From: a virus
Taxonomy: Duplodnaviria > Heunggongvirae > Uroviricota > Caudoviricetes
IMG/VR virus record: IMGVR_UViG_2529292906_000018
Length of the DNA stretch: 36,198 nucleotides
Reading direction: 5' to 3' (one strand)
The position numbers and the translations under genes are program-made. Shown piece after piece: positions 1-8,635 of this stretch. The notes below the pieces were generated by a model that saw nothing but the letters and a program-made list of their open reading frames with translations, made no database searches and was not told the DNA's origin. The stretch's first letter is position 1, and the number at the start of each line of letters is the position of its first letter.

Positions 1-56
1 GGTATCCGTTCTGCTGAAGTGTCATGGCGTTGATTTTACGGTGACTCTTCGACAGT

Positions 57-82
57 GAAAAGAAAAAAGGCCGCAGAGCGGC
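57..82 (-). terminator. putative rho-independent terminator downstream of the 190..585 gene
   Basis: GGCCGC-aga-GCGGCC hairpin at 68-82; on the minus strand it is followed by a T-rich tract (plus 57-67 gaaaagaaaaaa). Confidence 0.4.
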
Positions 83-189
83 CATAAACACAAACAAAAA
101 TCAATAAGTTAGATAATTATCAAAGACTTACAGACACACAAAAACACAGCCAACCACAACAAATAACAGGGATGTGGTCACTTTGTGGA

Positions 190-585
190 TCATTCGCTCC
201 CCTCTTTTTCCTTATTTCGTTGAACGCCAATTGCGACACACGTACTAAGCAAATCTTTACATTTCTCTACATCTTCAGACTTACGCAATTTGATGCTTTT
301 TACAGACTGCGGGCTACTGTCCGTAGCACGATACATCGTTATTTCAATATCATTTCGGTCTAAGAGTCCCATAATGGCTTTTGCAACCTCCACACCCTTC
401 TTCGCGAAATCAAAGAACAGAGCAAGTTTATATGGATTTTCGACGGAAAAAACTTCAATTTTGCTAAAACCAACATCGTGTAGAGAAAAATATTGCTCAA
501 CCTCATCTCGAAGTTCTGGATCGCATACAATGTCTATTCTCCAGTACTGACCTAAATGCAAATCGCTATTAACTGTTTTTTCCAC
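190..585 (-). CDS. hypothetical protein (131 aa), cargo gene between prophage end and int
   Basis: ORF 190..606; GTG at 585 preceded by AAGGAGG (592-598) is the best start; no recognisable motif; lower GC than phage core. Confidence 0.5.
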   Translation of the reverse strand: MEKTVNSDLHLGQYWRIDIVCDPELRDEVEQYFSLHDVGFSKIEVFSVENPYKLALFFDFAKKGVEVAKAIMGLLDRNDIEITMYRATDSSPQSVKSIKLRKSEDVEKCKDLLSTCVAIGVQRNKEKEGSE

Positions 586-595
586 AACATCCTCC

Positions 596-1570
596 TTACC
601 CAGCAATAGGATTAAATCTCACCGCATCCTGCAAGTAATCCGGCGCAAGATGGGCATAAATCATCGTTGTCTGAATCTTTGCGTGCCCCAGAATTTTCTG
701 GAGCGTCAGAATATTGCCGCCGTTCATCATGAAATGACTGGCGAAGGTGTGGCGCAGCGCATGAACAGCCTGGCCGTCAGGAACATCAGGTGCGACCGTT
801 TTGATGACATCGCGAACCAATGGATAATCCAGCGTCGGAAACACCAGTTTCCCGCCCCGTTTTTTGATCTTTTCAAACAGGCTTTCAGAAATAGGAACGG
901 TACGGTTTTTGCTGTTCTTCGTTTTTGAAAAAGTGATTCGACAATGAAGAACACGGCGCTGCTCCAGTGCCGCTACCTCGCCCCATCGCGCCCCGGTCGA
1001 CAGAAGGATTTCGACAGCCAGCCGTTCATCGGGATTTTCAGCCAGTGCATCCAGCAACTGAACACATTCAGACTTACTCAGATATCCCATTTCGCGCTCG
1101 TTAACCTTCATTCCTTTAAGGCCTTGAACGGGGTTATCGTTAAGAAAATGGCCGGATGAGATGAGTGCGGTAAACATCGCGCTTAACGCCCCAATCTCTC
1201 GATTAATGGTGCTGGGCTGTATCCCCTGCTCTATCCTGGACACACGTAGCTCGGTGAGCATCGTTGTATTAAGTTTATGCACACACGGGTCATCCATTGC
1301 CTCACTCAAGCGCAGCAATTTAAGGCGCGTGTTATGCCCTGACTTCATTAGCTGGCCGTGGTATTTCCACCACAAGTCAATAAGCACCGACAGCGGACGG
1401 CGATCAATGGAGTTTCCTTTCCACTCATTGTTATGCTGTTGCGCCAGCACCCACCGCTCATATAAAACTGCATCCGATTTCGTTTTAAATTTTTTGCGAA
1501 TGCGTTTGCCTTTACGCCCCTCAGGGCGCATGTCAAGAAGATACCCTCCCGGAATTGATTTTATGCTCAT
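596..1570 (-). CDS. int: tyrosine-type site-specific integrase (P2 Int-like)
   Basis: ORF 596..1720; C-terminus HALRHTFASHFMMNGGNILTLQKILGHAKIQTTMIYAHL is the tyrosine-recombinase catalytic signature; ATG at 1570 (MSIKSIPGGY) chosen as start. Confidence 0.9.
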   Translation of the reverse strand: MSIKSIPGGYLLDMRPEGRKGKRIRKKFKTKSDAVLYERWVLAQQHNNEWKGNSIDRRPLSVLIDLWWKYHGQLMKSGHNTRLKLLRLSEAMDDPCVHKLNTTMLTELRVSRIEQGIQPSTINREIGALSAMFTALISSGHFLNDNPVQGLKGMKVNEREMGYLSKSECVQLLDALAENPDERLAVEILLSTGARWGEVAALEQRRVLHCRITFSKTKNSKNRTVPISESLFEKIKKRGGKLVFPTLDYPLVRDVIKTVAPDVPDGQAVHALRHTFASHFMMNGGNILTLQKILGHAKIQTTMIYAHLAPDYLQDAVRFNPIAG

Positions 1571-1619
1571 TCGTGAAACCCCAGCGTTACAAGACCACCA
1601 TGCCCCCAGCGTTCCATGA

Positions 1620-1928
1620 TTAACCGGGCTGTGTACCAGTCTTGCGGGATTTTTGAGAAGACGATGTGTTTTCTGGCCCATCAGGGGAGAGAGAGGGACT
1701 GATCTGCCCAGCAGCCTCATTTGTTTTTCCCGTCATAAGCCAATTCATGTACTTAAAAAAGCGAGGGTGATTAACAATCTTGATAAGCACTTCGCCCCCT
1801 ATGTTTTCAATCCGCCCCGTTTCATAACGACGCAAAGTGCCGATAGGCACATCAATCAGGCCGCAAAATTCTTCGCGCGTTAAATCCTCTGATTCACGAA
1901 TCACTCTAATTTTTTCACCGATAAGCAT
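1620..1928 (-). CDS. C: immunity repressor (P2 C-like)
   Basis: 102 aa ORF directly upstream of int on the same strand, divergent from the cox-like gene; resembles P2 C as recalled. Confidence 0.75.
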   Translation of the reverse strand: MLIGEKIRVIRESEDLTREEFCGLIDVPIGTLRRYETGRIENIGGEVLIKIVNHPRFFKYMNWLMTGKTNEAAGQISPSLSPDGPENTSSSQKSRKTGTQPG

Positions 1929-1940
1929 TGACAGTGTTCC

Positions 1941-1986
1941 TATAAGTACACTAAGCTTGCGCGCAAGGTGTACTTATAAGTACACC
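1941..1986. promoter_or_regulatory. lysis/lysogeny switch operator repeats in the C/cox intergenic region
   Basis: TATAAGTACAC at 1941-1951 and again at 1974-1984 (direct repeat, 33 bp apart), with inverted copy GTGTACTTATA at 1968-1978, between divergent C and cox-like starts. Confidence 0.5.
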
Positions 1987-2024
1987 AAGTCACAAACAAC
2001 CACAGATAGCGCAGGTTATCACAC

Positions 2025-2303
2025 ATGGCAAAAGTCCTGAACACACACGAACAGGCAGACTTTGAGCGTTTAGCAGCGTTCTATCCCTACCGCGATGAGC
2101 ATGGGTTACCAGTACTTGAAGAAAGCCTGAAAGATTACGCAAAGCGTACCAACCAAGCTGTTAACACAGTGAAAAGACAGGCTGACAGAGGTTCAATTCC
2201 CATCAACCAGGATGAAAAGAACTCAAGACGCACAGTAAATCTCTTCGCTCTTTTCCTGAAAACAATCAGGAGCGCAGAAAAATACGTGCAGATGACAAAA
2301 TAA
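2025..2303 (+). CDS. putative Cox/Apl-type switch regulator/excision directionality protein (assignment by position)
   Basis: 92 aa ORF, first gene of the rightward early operon opposite the repressor; sequence not confidently matched. Confidence 0.45.
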   Translation: MAKVLNTHEQADFERLAAFYPYRDEHGLPVLEESLKDYAKRTNQAVNTVKRQADRGSIPINQDEKNSRRTVNLFALFLKTIRSAEKYVQMTK

Positions 2304-2317
2304 CGAGGTGTCATTTT

Positions 2318-2656
2318 ATGCTGAAGCAACGCCGTAATTTTCGTACCGGAACAGAACGCCACGCTAACCGTTTCACTACCAGTGCATCACGCAGCAACAT
2401 CCGCTACAGCCTGAGTGATACACACGCAACGCCGGATGGCTACCCAGTAAAACAAATCGGCGAGCACGCCTGGCTGATTGAGAAAGCTGGAATCGTGATC
2501 CACAAATGCCCACGCAATCCGTTTACCGGAAACCGCATTTTTGCATTGAGCTGTGGTGACAATCAGTTCGGGCAGGATTTCACATTATACGAAGCACTTC
2601 GCACGGTTGATCGTCTGCTTCGCGGGCAAAGTTTTATTAAACAGGCTGATTTATAA
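2318..2656 (+). CDS. hypothetical early protein (112 aa)
   Basis: ORF with GAGGTG upstream of ATG 2318; early operon position. Confidence 0.4.
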   Translation: MLKQRRNFRTGTERHANRFTTSASRSNIRYSLSDTHATPDGYPVKQIGEHAWLIEKAGIVIHKCPRNPFTGNRIFALSCGDNQFGQDFTLYEALRTVDRLLRGQSFIKQADL

Positions 2657-2666
2657 CAGGTGCTTT

Positions 2667-2954
2667 ATGACCAAAGACCATGCACAAGGTGTATTTATCC
2701 GTTTTATTGATTTTCGCGGTGAACTGTTATTACGTGCATCCGCTATTGACGGAGTGACTCCGGCGGGTAAAAACGGAGCCGACGAAGCCACTTACGTTTA
2801 TCTGAACGGCACGCGACTGCTTGCGGAACTTCCGTACCAGACCGTACGAGAAATCATTAGCGAAGCTGAAAAGGCACGCCAGGTTAATGGCGATGAACCC
2901 TATATCGAAATTATTTGTATGGATTCAGAAGCTGAAATACAGAAAGCAGATTAA
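2667..2954 (+). CDS. hypothetical early protein (95 aa)
   Basis: In-frame ATG at 2667 within ORF 2553..2954, chosen to avoid overlap with the previous gene. Confidence 0.4.
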   Translation: MTKDHAQGVFIRFIDFRGELLLRASAIDGVTPAGKNGADEATYVYLNGTRLLAELPYQTVREIISEAEKARQVNGDEPYIEIICMDSEAEIQKAD

Positions 2955-2965
2955 AGGGCGTTGTG

Positions 2966-3208
2966 ATGGGCAAAGAATATAAAACTCTCATTAACAAAGC
3001 ACTTGAGCGTTTTTATTTTCGCTTAAGTGCATCTGGCGCTCATGCTGAACGTGCGGCCCGTGACTCATTGACCAGAGCAATCCGAAGTCTGTATGACGTG
3101 GCTTTTTACGCTGATGATCTGGATGCACTTAACGAACTTTCCGAGCTGATCTGTGCCGCAGAATGCGGGGAACATATTGAACCGTATAAGCTGGGAAATA
3201 TCGCATGA
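2966..3208 (+). CDS. hypothetical early protein (80 aa)
   Basis: ORF 2963..3208; ATG at 2966 with AAGGG 8 nt upstream. Confidence 0.4.
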   Translation: MGKEYKTLINKALERFYFRLSASGAHAERAARDSLTRAIRSLYDVAFYADDLDALNELSELICAAECGEHIEPYKLGNIA

Positions 3209-3318
3209 GTATATTTATCTCATGGCTTGTTCTGATTATTTCGGTGGTCTGCGCCATTGGGATTATGCGAATTATTAATTCAGTAAAAAAGATTGAACGC
3301 TTTTTCACTGAAGAATAA
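3205..3318 (+). CDS. putative small hydrophobic peptide (37 aa)
   Basis: ATG at 3205 overlaps the stop of the previous gene (ATGA); translation MSIFISWLVLIISVVCAIGIMRIINSVKKIERFFTEE has one predicted TM helix; below the ORF-track cutoff. Confidence 0.3.
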   Translation: MSIFISWLVLIISVVCAIGIMRIINSVKKIERFFTEE

Positions 3319-3404
3319 CCGCGCAAATAAGCCCCCAGGTTAAATAAGAAAATGTGAAAACAATCCGCATTCGCGGAGGTATTCGCACACGCCAAGGAGG
3401 CGTA

Positions 3405-3608
3405 ATGGCAATTAAGCATTTTCCTGTCGTTCGTTTCACCTCCAGAGGACGTGAATACGAAGTTGACGAACGCCTGATTACCACAATCGACAAACACCGT
3501 TCAGAAAAGGATGCACATCACATCTATCTCACTGACGGCACTTACTTCTGCGCCACCAACGTGGTGCAGGTGAATCTTATCAGACAGGTACAGGAGTCAC
3601 GCAGATGA
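3405..3608 (+). CDS. hypothetical early protein (67 aa)
   Basis: ATG at 3405 preceded by AAGGAGG; within ORF 3354..3608. Confidence 0.45.
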   Translation: MAIKHFPVVRFTSRGREYEVDERLITTIDKHRSEKDAHHIYLTDGTYFCATNVVQVNLIRQVQESRR

Positions 3609-3850
3609 CCATTCTGGACTACATCGCTGCCAATCCGGGTTGTAGCGGTGGAGAAATCGCCGCAGCACTGAATACACCAACCACAACCATTAATGCGGAG
3701 CTACGCCGTCTCTGGCGCAGCGGTTCAGTCATAAGAAAAGAGCGCAAAACAGGCGGTCGCTTTTCTTATCAGGTAAACCCGATGCCGTTTGGGTGTAGCA
3801 ACCCACTAACCCAGATGTTCAACCAGCTACTGAGGGAAATCAGAGCATGA
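3605..3850 (+). CDS. putative winged-helix DNA-binding protein (81 aa)
   Basis: Start overlaps previous stop (ATGA coupling); wHTH-like pattern GGEIAAALNTPTTTINAELRRLWRSGSV. Confidence 0.4.
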   Translation: MTILDYIAANPGCSGGEIAAALNTPTTTINAELRRLWRSGSVIRKERKTGGRFSYQVNPMPFGCSNPLTQMFNQLLREIRA

Positions 3851-3991
3851 GCACCTCCAACTGCCGGAAACCACGTCGGGCTTCAGCAGCTCATCCGGCA
3901 GCAAAACAAACTCCATTAATTCCTGTTCCGGGCCTTTCCTGCACCTTGTGGCGGGAGGCCTTCGCACATCTGTAACAAGAGGATTGCCGCA

Positions 3992-4357
3992 ATGATTCTC
4001 GCCAACGACTTTCTTGAATACCTGCTCAACACAGAGCGTGATCTTGCCGTTCGCGTGCGTGAACGTTATGACATGTACCTGAAATCCCTGCCTGTACCGC
4101 AGCTCGCTGACGGAAAGATTGTTATTGATGGTCGCTACATGATTGACAGCCACGAGGGAAATTACAGGCTTTACCGCATTGAAGGTGGCACCCCGTCCGT
4201 TATTGGCATTTACCAGCGCCCATCCTCTGCAATCGTCGATGTGATTGCCGACAGCATCCGCATCACACATCGCCATGCCGACACAGAAGACACCGTGCTG
4301 GAAATTCAGCGGCTGGCTACAGTCTGCCGCGACACCCTGAATGGCATGACGAAGTAA
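3992..4357 (+). CDS. hypothetical early protein (121 aa)
   Basis: ORF with AGAGGA upstream of ATG 3992. Confidence 0.45.
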   Translation: MILANDFLEYLLNTERDLAVRVRERYDMYLKSLPVPQLADGKIVIDGRYMIDSHEGNYRLYRIEGGTPSVIGIYQRPSSAIVDVIADSIRITHRHADTEDTVLEIQRLATVCRDTLNGMTK

Positions 4358-4363
4358 ATCACT

Positions 4364-4825
4364 ATGACGGCAGAGTACATCAGGGACTGGCAACAACCGC
4401 GCCACGCAGTGGGGCGTGAAGGAACGGGGATCCCCGCTCCTGAATCCGCGCTTTCCTCCTGGCTGGATGCCTACCGGGCAGAGAACGAGCACCGCCAGGA
4501 AATGGCTGATGCGGCGTTCTCCGCCACGCCGCTGGGCAACCTGATTAATAAAAGCCTGGACGCACAGGAAAAACAGGACAAAACCATCACACTGGCAGGA
4601 GACGCCAGAAAACAGGCACGCGGCGCGGTGGATGAAGCCATGGCCTCGCTGCGCCTGCTGCCGTCCTATCTGCGCGATCCGCTTATTCGCCACCTCTCCT
4701 TCCTGCGCAAAAAACAGGAAGCCGATCGTCAGAAAGGAAAAACGCCAGGCAGGCAGAACGCTATGCGCGTGGGACCCTGCGCAAAATATTCGAACGTCTG
4801 GAGCGCACCGATCACCGCTGGCTGA
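4364..4825 (+). CDS. A: probable N-terminal segment of replication protein A, separated from the main ORF by a -1 frame change
   Basis: Frame of the 4870 ORF is open and protein-like back to a stop at 4633-4635 with no ATG/GTG/TTG; upstream ORF 4364..4825 lies in the other frame; homopolymers A6 (4709-4714) and A5 (4738-4742) sit in the switch zone. Confidence 0.45.
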   Translation: MTAEYIRDWQQPRHAVGREGTGIPAPESALSSWLDAYRAENEHRQEMADAAFSATPLGNLINKSLDAQEKQDKTITLAGDARKQARGAVDEAMASLRLLPSYLRDPLIRHLSFLRKKQEADRQKGKTPGRQNAMRVGPCAKYSNVWSAPITAG

Positions 4826-4869
4826 CACCGGGTTATCGCTCCCTTGCCGGACGCGAACGCCTGGACGAT

Positions 4870-7185
4870 TTGCTTTACCTGCCGCAGCTCAACAAACACC
4901 AGATAAAGACGCTGGCAACCATGACGGCGGCGATGTTCAGCAGCACCTTCGAAAAACTCTGCGATGGCTTTGGCGCGACCGATGGCGAGCTGACCATGGA
5001 TGTAACCCTGAAGGCGTATCAGATGCTGGCCCGCATGGCGTTACACCTGCACGCCATGCCTCCACATTATGACGCACTGACAACAGACAAAGACCGGAGG
5101 AACGAACCGGACACGGAGCTGCTGCCGGGCGCAATCCTTCGCCTGACCTGTGCGGAATGGTGGAAACGCAAACTGTGGCTGTTACGTTGCGAGTGGAGAG
5201 AAGAACAACTCCGCGCCGCCTGTCTGGTTTCCAGAAAAACATCGCCCTATCTGAGCCAGGACGCGTTAAGCGAGTTTCGCGCACAGCGCGAGAAAACACG
5301 CGATTTCCTGAAAAGTTTCATGCTGGAAAACGAAGACGGGTTCACGATTGATCTCGAGACAGTGTATTACGCGGGAGTAAGTAACCCGGTTCACCGTAAG
5401 GCAGAAATGATGGCCACCATGAAGGGACTGGAACTTCTGGCCGAAGCCCGTGGCGACAGAGCGGTGTTTCTGACTGTCACCTGCCCGTCAAAATACCACG
5501 CAACAACGGAGAACGGTCATCCGAACCCCAAATGGAACGGGGCCACCATGCGCGACTCCAGCGATTACCTGGTTAACACGTTTTTTGCGGCGGTCCGCAA
5601 AAAACTGAACCGCGACGGCCTGCGCTGGTATGGCATCCGCACGGTGGAGCCTCACCATGACGGCACCGTGCACTGGCATATGATGGTCTTTGCTCATCCG
5701 GAAGAAATCGACAGCATCGTGACCATCACCCGCGATATTGCCATTCAGGAAGACCGCCACGAGCTGGGCAATGATATTACTCCGCGCTTTAAGGTGGAGT
5801 ACGTTGACGGCACCAAAGGCACGCCAACCAGCTACATCGCCACCTACATCGGAAAAAACCTGGACAGCCGCGCCGTGGATGGCATCGACCCGAAAACGGG
5901 CAAACCACGCGTTGACCACGAAACCGGAAAATCAATGGCCGAGAGCGTGGAGCGCGCCATCGGTTGGGCACGCCTTCACCGGGTCCGCCAGTTCCAGTTC
6001 TTTGGCATCCCCTCCCGTCAGGTGTGGCGTGAACTCCGCCGCCTTGCCAGCCAGATGGCACGCAACCCGGAAGGCCCGCAACGGCTGAAGGATGACGCAA
6101 TGGATGCGGTACTCGCTGCCGCTGATGCCGGATGTTTTGCCACCTACATAGAGAAACAGGGCGGCGTACTTGTTCCACGCAAAGACTACCTGATTCGCAC
6201 CGCCTACGACCTCGCCGATGAGCTGAACGATTACGGCGAACAGAGTGTACAGATTTACGGGATCTGGTCACCACTCATCGGGGAATCCTCCCGTGTGTGC
6301 ACGCACCCGGATAACTGGAAGCTGGTAAGACGTAAACCGGAACAGGAAGGCAGCGCCCACGAAAATGGTTTTGACCTTCAGGGCGGCCCTGCCGCCCCTT
6401 GGACTCGTGGCAATAACTGTCCCCGTGTACAGGAAACGGACAACAACGGGACAGAACAGCCGGAAGAACGGCCAGCACCGTGGCCGCAGCTCCCTGACAG
6501 CGTTGAAGTGAACGAATGGATGCGCTCACTAAAACGGCACGAACGCCGGGCGCTGATGCGTTCGCTTCGTGACAAACAGGCAAAAAACAGCAGTGATGAA
6601 ATGCAGAGCTGGACACAGAGCCGCAAACAGCAGCGGCCTTTGCCTGATAACCACGAATTACTCGCTAAAGAATGGCGGGAGTCTGCTGAATCTCTCGGCC
6701 TGCATATCGGTGAACAGCAGATGCAGCACCTGTTACGGGGCGGCAGTCTGTACGTTGACGGCAGCATCATTGCACCGCAGGGATTTGAAATTGTACGCAA
6801 ACCGGATACCCGCCCGGACAGCCGAATCACGCAGCTCTGGCAGCGCCTGAGCCGTAACCACGGCGTAAGCAGTACGGAGATCCGCCATAACCCGGTCGCC
6901 AGCTATCTGGAACAGCTGGGGACATTAGACCCCGAAGCCGCCGCACGCCTGGCATCCACACTTCAGCAAGACCAGAACACCATGAAAACACCCGTTACCG
7001 TGCTTTCTGACATGCTGCGCGCCATCCGCGACGCAGAGCACGCACAGAGAATCAGTGAAACCACTGAACGCGCCCGCCGCAAAGCAGACCTGCTGCGGGG
7101 TGGCCTGACCAGTGGAAACAAAAAACAGACAGAAACGGGATTCACAAATCCCGTAAATGAGCAAAAAACGCGCCGCGATATATGA
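4870..7185 (+). CDS. A: replication initiation endonuclease (P2 gpA family, rolling-circle initiator), main ORF
   Basis: 771 aa ORF with VEPHHDGTVHWHMMVF and YIATYIGKNLD motifs typical of gpA; listed TTG start at 4870 is probably not the true start (see N-terminal segment). Confidence 0.85.
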   Translation: MLYLPQLNKHQIKTLATMTAAMFSSTFEKLCDGFGATDGELTMDVTLKAYQMLARMALHLHAMPPHYDALTTDKDRRNEPDTELLPGAILRLTCAEWWKRKLWLLRCEWREEQLRAACLVSRKTSPYLSQDALSEFRAQREKTRDFLKSFMLENEDGFTIDLETVYYAGVSNPVHRKAEMMATMKGLELLAEARGDRAVFLTVTCPSKYHATTENGHPNPKWNGATMRDSSDYLVNTFFAAVRKKLNRDGLRWYGIRTVEPHHDGTVHWHMMVFAHPEEIDSIVTITRDIAIQEDRHELGNDITPRFKVEYVDGTKGTPTSYIATYIGKNLDSRAVDGIDPKTGKPRVDHETGKSMAESVERAIGWARLHRVRQFQFFGIPSRQVWRELRRLASQMARNPEGPQRLKDDAMDAVLAAADAGCFATYIEKQGGVLVPRKDYLIRTAYDLADELNDYGEQSVQIYGIWSPLIGESSRVCTHPDNWKLVRRKPEQEGSAHENGFDLQGGPAAPWTRGNNCPRVQETDNNGTEQPEERPAPWPQLPDSVEVNEWMRSLKRHERRALMRSLRDKQAKNSSDEMQSWTQSRKQQRPLPDNHELLAKEWRESAESLGLHIGEQQMQHLLRGGSLYVDGSIIAPQGFEIVRKPDTRPDSRITQLWQRLSRNHGVSSTEIRHNPVASYLEQLGTLDPEAAARLASTLQQDQNTMKTPVTVLSDMLRAIRDAEHAQRISETTERARRKADLLRGGLTSGNKKQTETGFTNPVNEQKTRRDI

Positions 7186-7230
7186 AGCGCGCATAAAACA
7201 GGCAAAAACGGGATTTCAGAATCCCGTAAA
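7134..7230. promoter_or_regulatory. pair of 20-bp palindromes at the A/parM junction (candidate parC-like centromere/operator)
   Basis: ACGGGATT-CACA-AATCCCGT at 7137-7156 and ACGGGATT-TCAG-AATCCCGT at 7209-7228, 72 bp apart, directly upstream of parM. Confidence 0.4.
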
Positions 7231-7261
7231 CGATTAATTAATCAACATAAGGAAAAGCGAC

Positions 7262-8221
7262 ATGAAAATTTGTATCGACGACGGCTCCACCAACATCAAG
7301 CTGGCATGGACTGAGAACGGCGAACGCCGCAACGCCATCAGCCCGAACAGCTTCAAGTCGGAATGGTCTGCGCCGTTCGGTGGCACGCAGCCCGCGAACT
7401 ACATGCTTGATGGCGTGCGCTATGGTTTTGATCCGGTCAGCGATCGCTTTGTCCAGACGACCGACACGCAATACCAGTACAGCGATGTGAATGTCATTGC
7501 CATTCATCACGCGCTGGTCAAATCAGGCATCACACCACAGGAGGTGGATGTGGTTGTCACCCTGCCACTGAGCGAGTATTTCGACACAAACGCACAGCCG
7601 GACATGGCCAACATCAACCGCAAAAAAGCGAACGTTATGCGCCCGGTGGAGTACCAGAACGGCGAGGCATTCACTATCCGTAACGTGCGGGTTATGCCTG
7701 AATCCATTCCGGCTGGCTTTAAGGCACTGGCTGACATGAGTCCGTTTGAATCCCTGCTGATTGTGGATTTGGGCGGAACCACGCTGGATGTGGCAAAGGT
7801 TCAGGGGCAACTGGCAGGTATCAGCCAGGTGTTTTGCGATCCACACGTAGGCGTTTCTCTGATGGCCGATGCCGTACTGTCAGTGATGGCCACTAACGGT
7901 ATGCGCACCAGTCACCACATCGCCAATACCATTATCGAACATCGCCATGATGAAGCCTGGCTGCGCCAGCACATCCACAATGACGCGCATTACGCCAGCC
8001 TGATGGCGGTTATTCGTGAAAAGGAAGAAACACTGAAACAACGCGTGATCCGCGCGCTGGCGGTTTTTTCGGGTTACGGGCGGGTGATGGTTGTCGGTGG
8101 AGGGGCGGAGATTGTGGCACCCGCTATCCGCGAAGCCTGCGGAGTTAATGCGACTTTCATCGCGGACGGGGTGCCACAGTTTGCTCTGGTTAATGGGCTG
8201 TACGCAATGGACAAGGAGTAA
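7262..8221 (+). CDS. parM: actin-like plasmid segregation ATPase ParM/StbA
   Basis: N-terminus MKICIDDGSTNIKLAW and YSDVNVIAIHHAL closely resemble R1 ParM (MLVFIDDGSTNIKLQW...YSDVNVVAVHHAL) as recalled; RBS AAGGA upstream. Confidence 0.85.
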   Translation: MKICIDDGSTNIKLAWTENGERRNAISPNSFKSEWSAPFGGTQPANYMLDGVRYGFDPVSDRFVQTTDTQYQYSDVNVIAIHHALVKSGITPQEVDVVVTLPLSEYFDTNAQPDMANINRKKANVMRPVEYQNGEAFTIRNVRVMPESIPAGFKALADMSPFESLLIVDLGGTTLDVAKVQGQLAGISQVFCDPHVGVSLMADAVLSVMATNGMRTSHHIANTIIEHRHDEAWLRQHIHNDAHYASLMAVIREKEETLKQRVIRALAVFSGYGRVMVVGGGAEIVAPAIREACGVNATFIADGVPQFALVNGLYAMDKE

Positions 8222-8225
8222 ACCA

Positions 8226-8537
8226 ATGACGACACCAACCAGACGGATAAGTTTCTATCTGAAGCCTGCGGCCGTCAAGAACGAAAGCGAAGCATGCGCC
8301 TGGCTGGACAGCCTTACACCAGAAGCCCGCAAAAGCGGCCAACGCGTGGCTTTTCTGGCCGGGCTGGCACTTCTGAAAATGAATCCAGCAGAGGCTTACC
8401 GACTGGCTGCATGGGCTGACGATGAGGCGTTATCAGTGACACAAACCAGGACAGAATGCCCCGCGTCACAGCCAGTATCAACCGCACAGATAACCAGTCA
8501 GATGGCCGGAAATATCCGGGCGTTATTTCCCGAATAA
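8226..8537 (+). CDS. parR: ParR-like centromere-binding adaptor protein
   Basis: ATG 8226 with AAGGAG 7 nt upstream; RRISFYLKPAAV...AFLAGLALLKMNP resembles R1 ParR (RRTIAFKLNPDV...ALTAGLALYRQDP) as recalled; immediately downstream of parM. Confidence 0.7.
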   Translation: MTTPTRRISFYLKPAAVKNESEACAWLDSLTPEARKSGQRVAFLAGLALLKMNPAEAYRLAAWADDEALSVTQTRTECPASQPVSTAQITSQMAGNIRALFPE

Positions 8538-8543
8538 CACAAC

Positions 8544-8576
8544 ATCAGGGCGCATCCGCCCTGATGACTTTAATCC
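8544..8576 (+). terminator. weak putative terminator after parR
   Basis: Hairpin ATCAGGGCG-catc-CGCCCTGAT at 8544-8565 followed by gacTTTaaTcc. Confidence 0.3.
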
Positions 8577-8635
8577 GGGAACATAAACAAGGGGGACACA
8601 ATGCAACACATTGACAGAGAAAAAGGAAAAAAAGC

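Noticed and set aside
1-189. Possible tRNA or attL core at the left edge
   Set aside because: No cloverleaf-compatible sequence or conserved tRNA motif recognised, and no direct repeat shared with the right end (35868-36057) could be found by eye; the att core remains unidentified.
4700-4765. Programmed translational frameshifting as the explanation for the split A, P and D genes
   Set aside because: No canonical slippery heptamer in the zero frame; programmed shifts are not known for these genes; five same-direction breaks all at homopolymers are more parsimoniously indel errors or mutations.
3827-4828. 333-aa minus-strand ORF
   Set aside because: Antisense to two plus-strand genes with proper RBSs; Cys/Arg/Gly-rich low-complexity translation typical of the antisense frame of GC-rich coding DNA.
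5488-6830. Several 110-160 aa ORFs on the minus strand and in alternative plus frames inside gene A
   Set aside because: Nested within the well-supported gpA reading frame; Arg/Pro/Cys-rich translations with no RBS; GC-rich frame artefacts.
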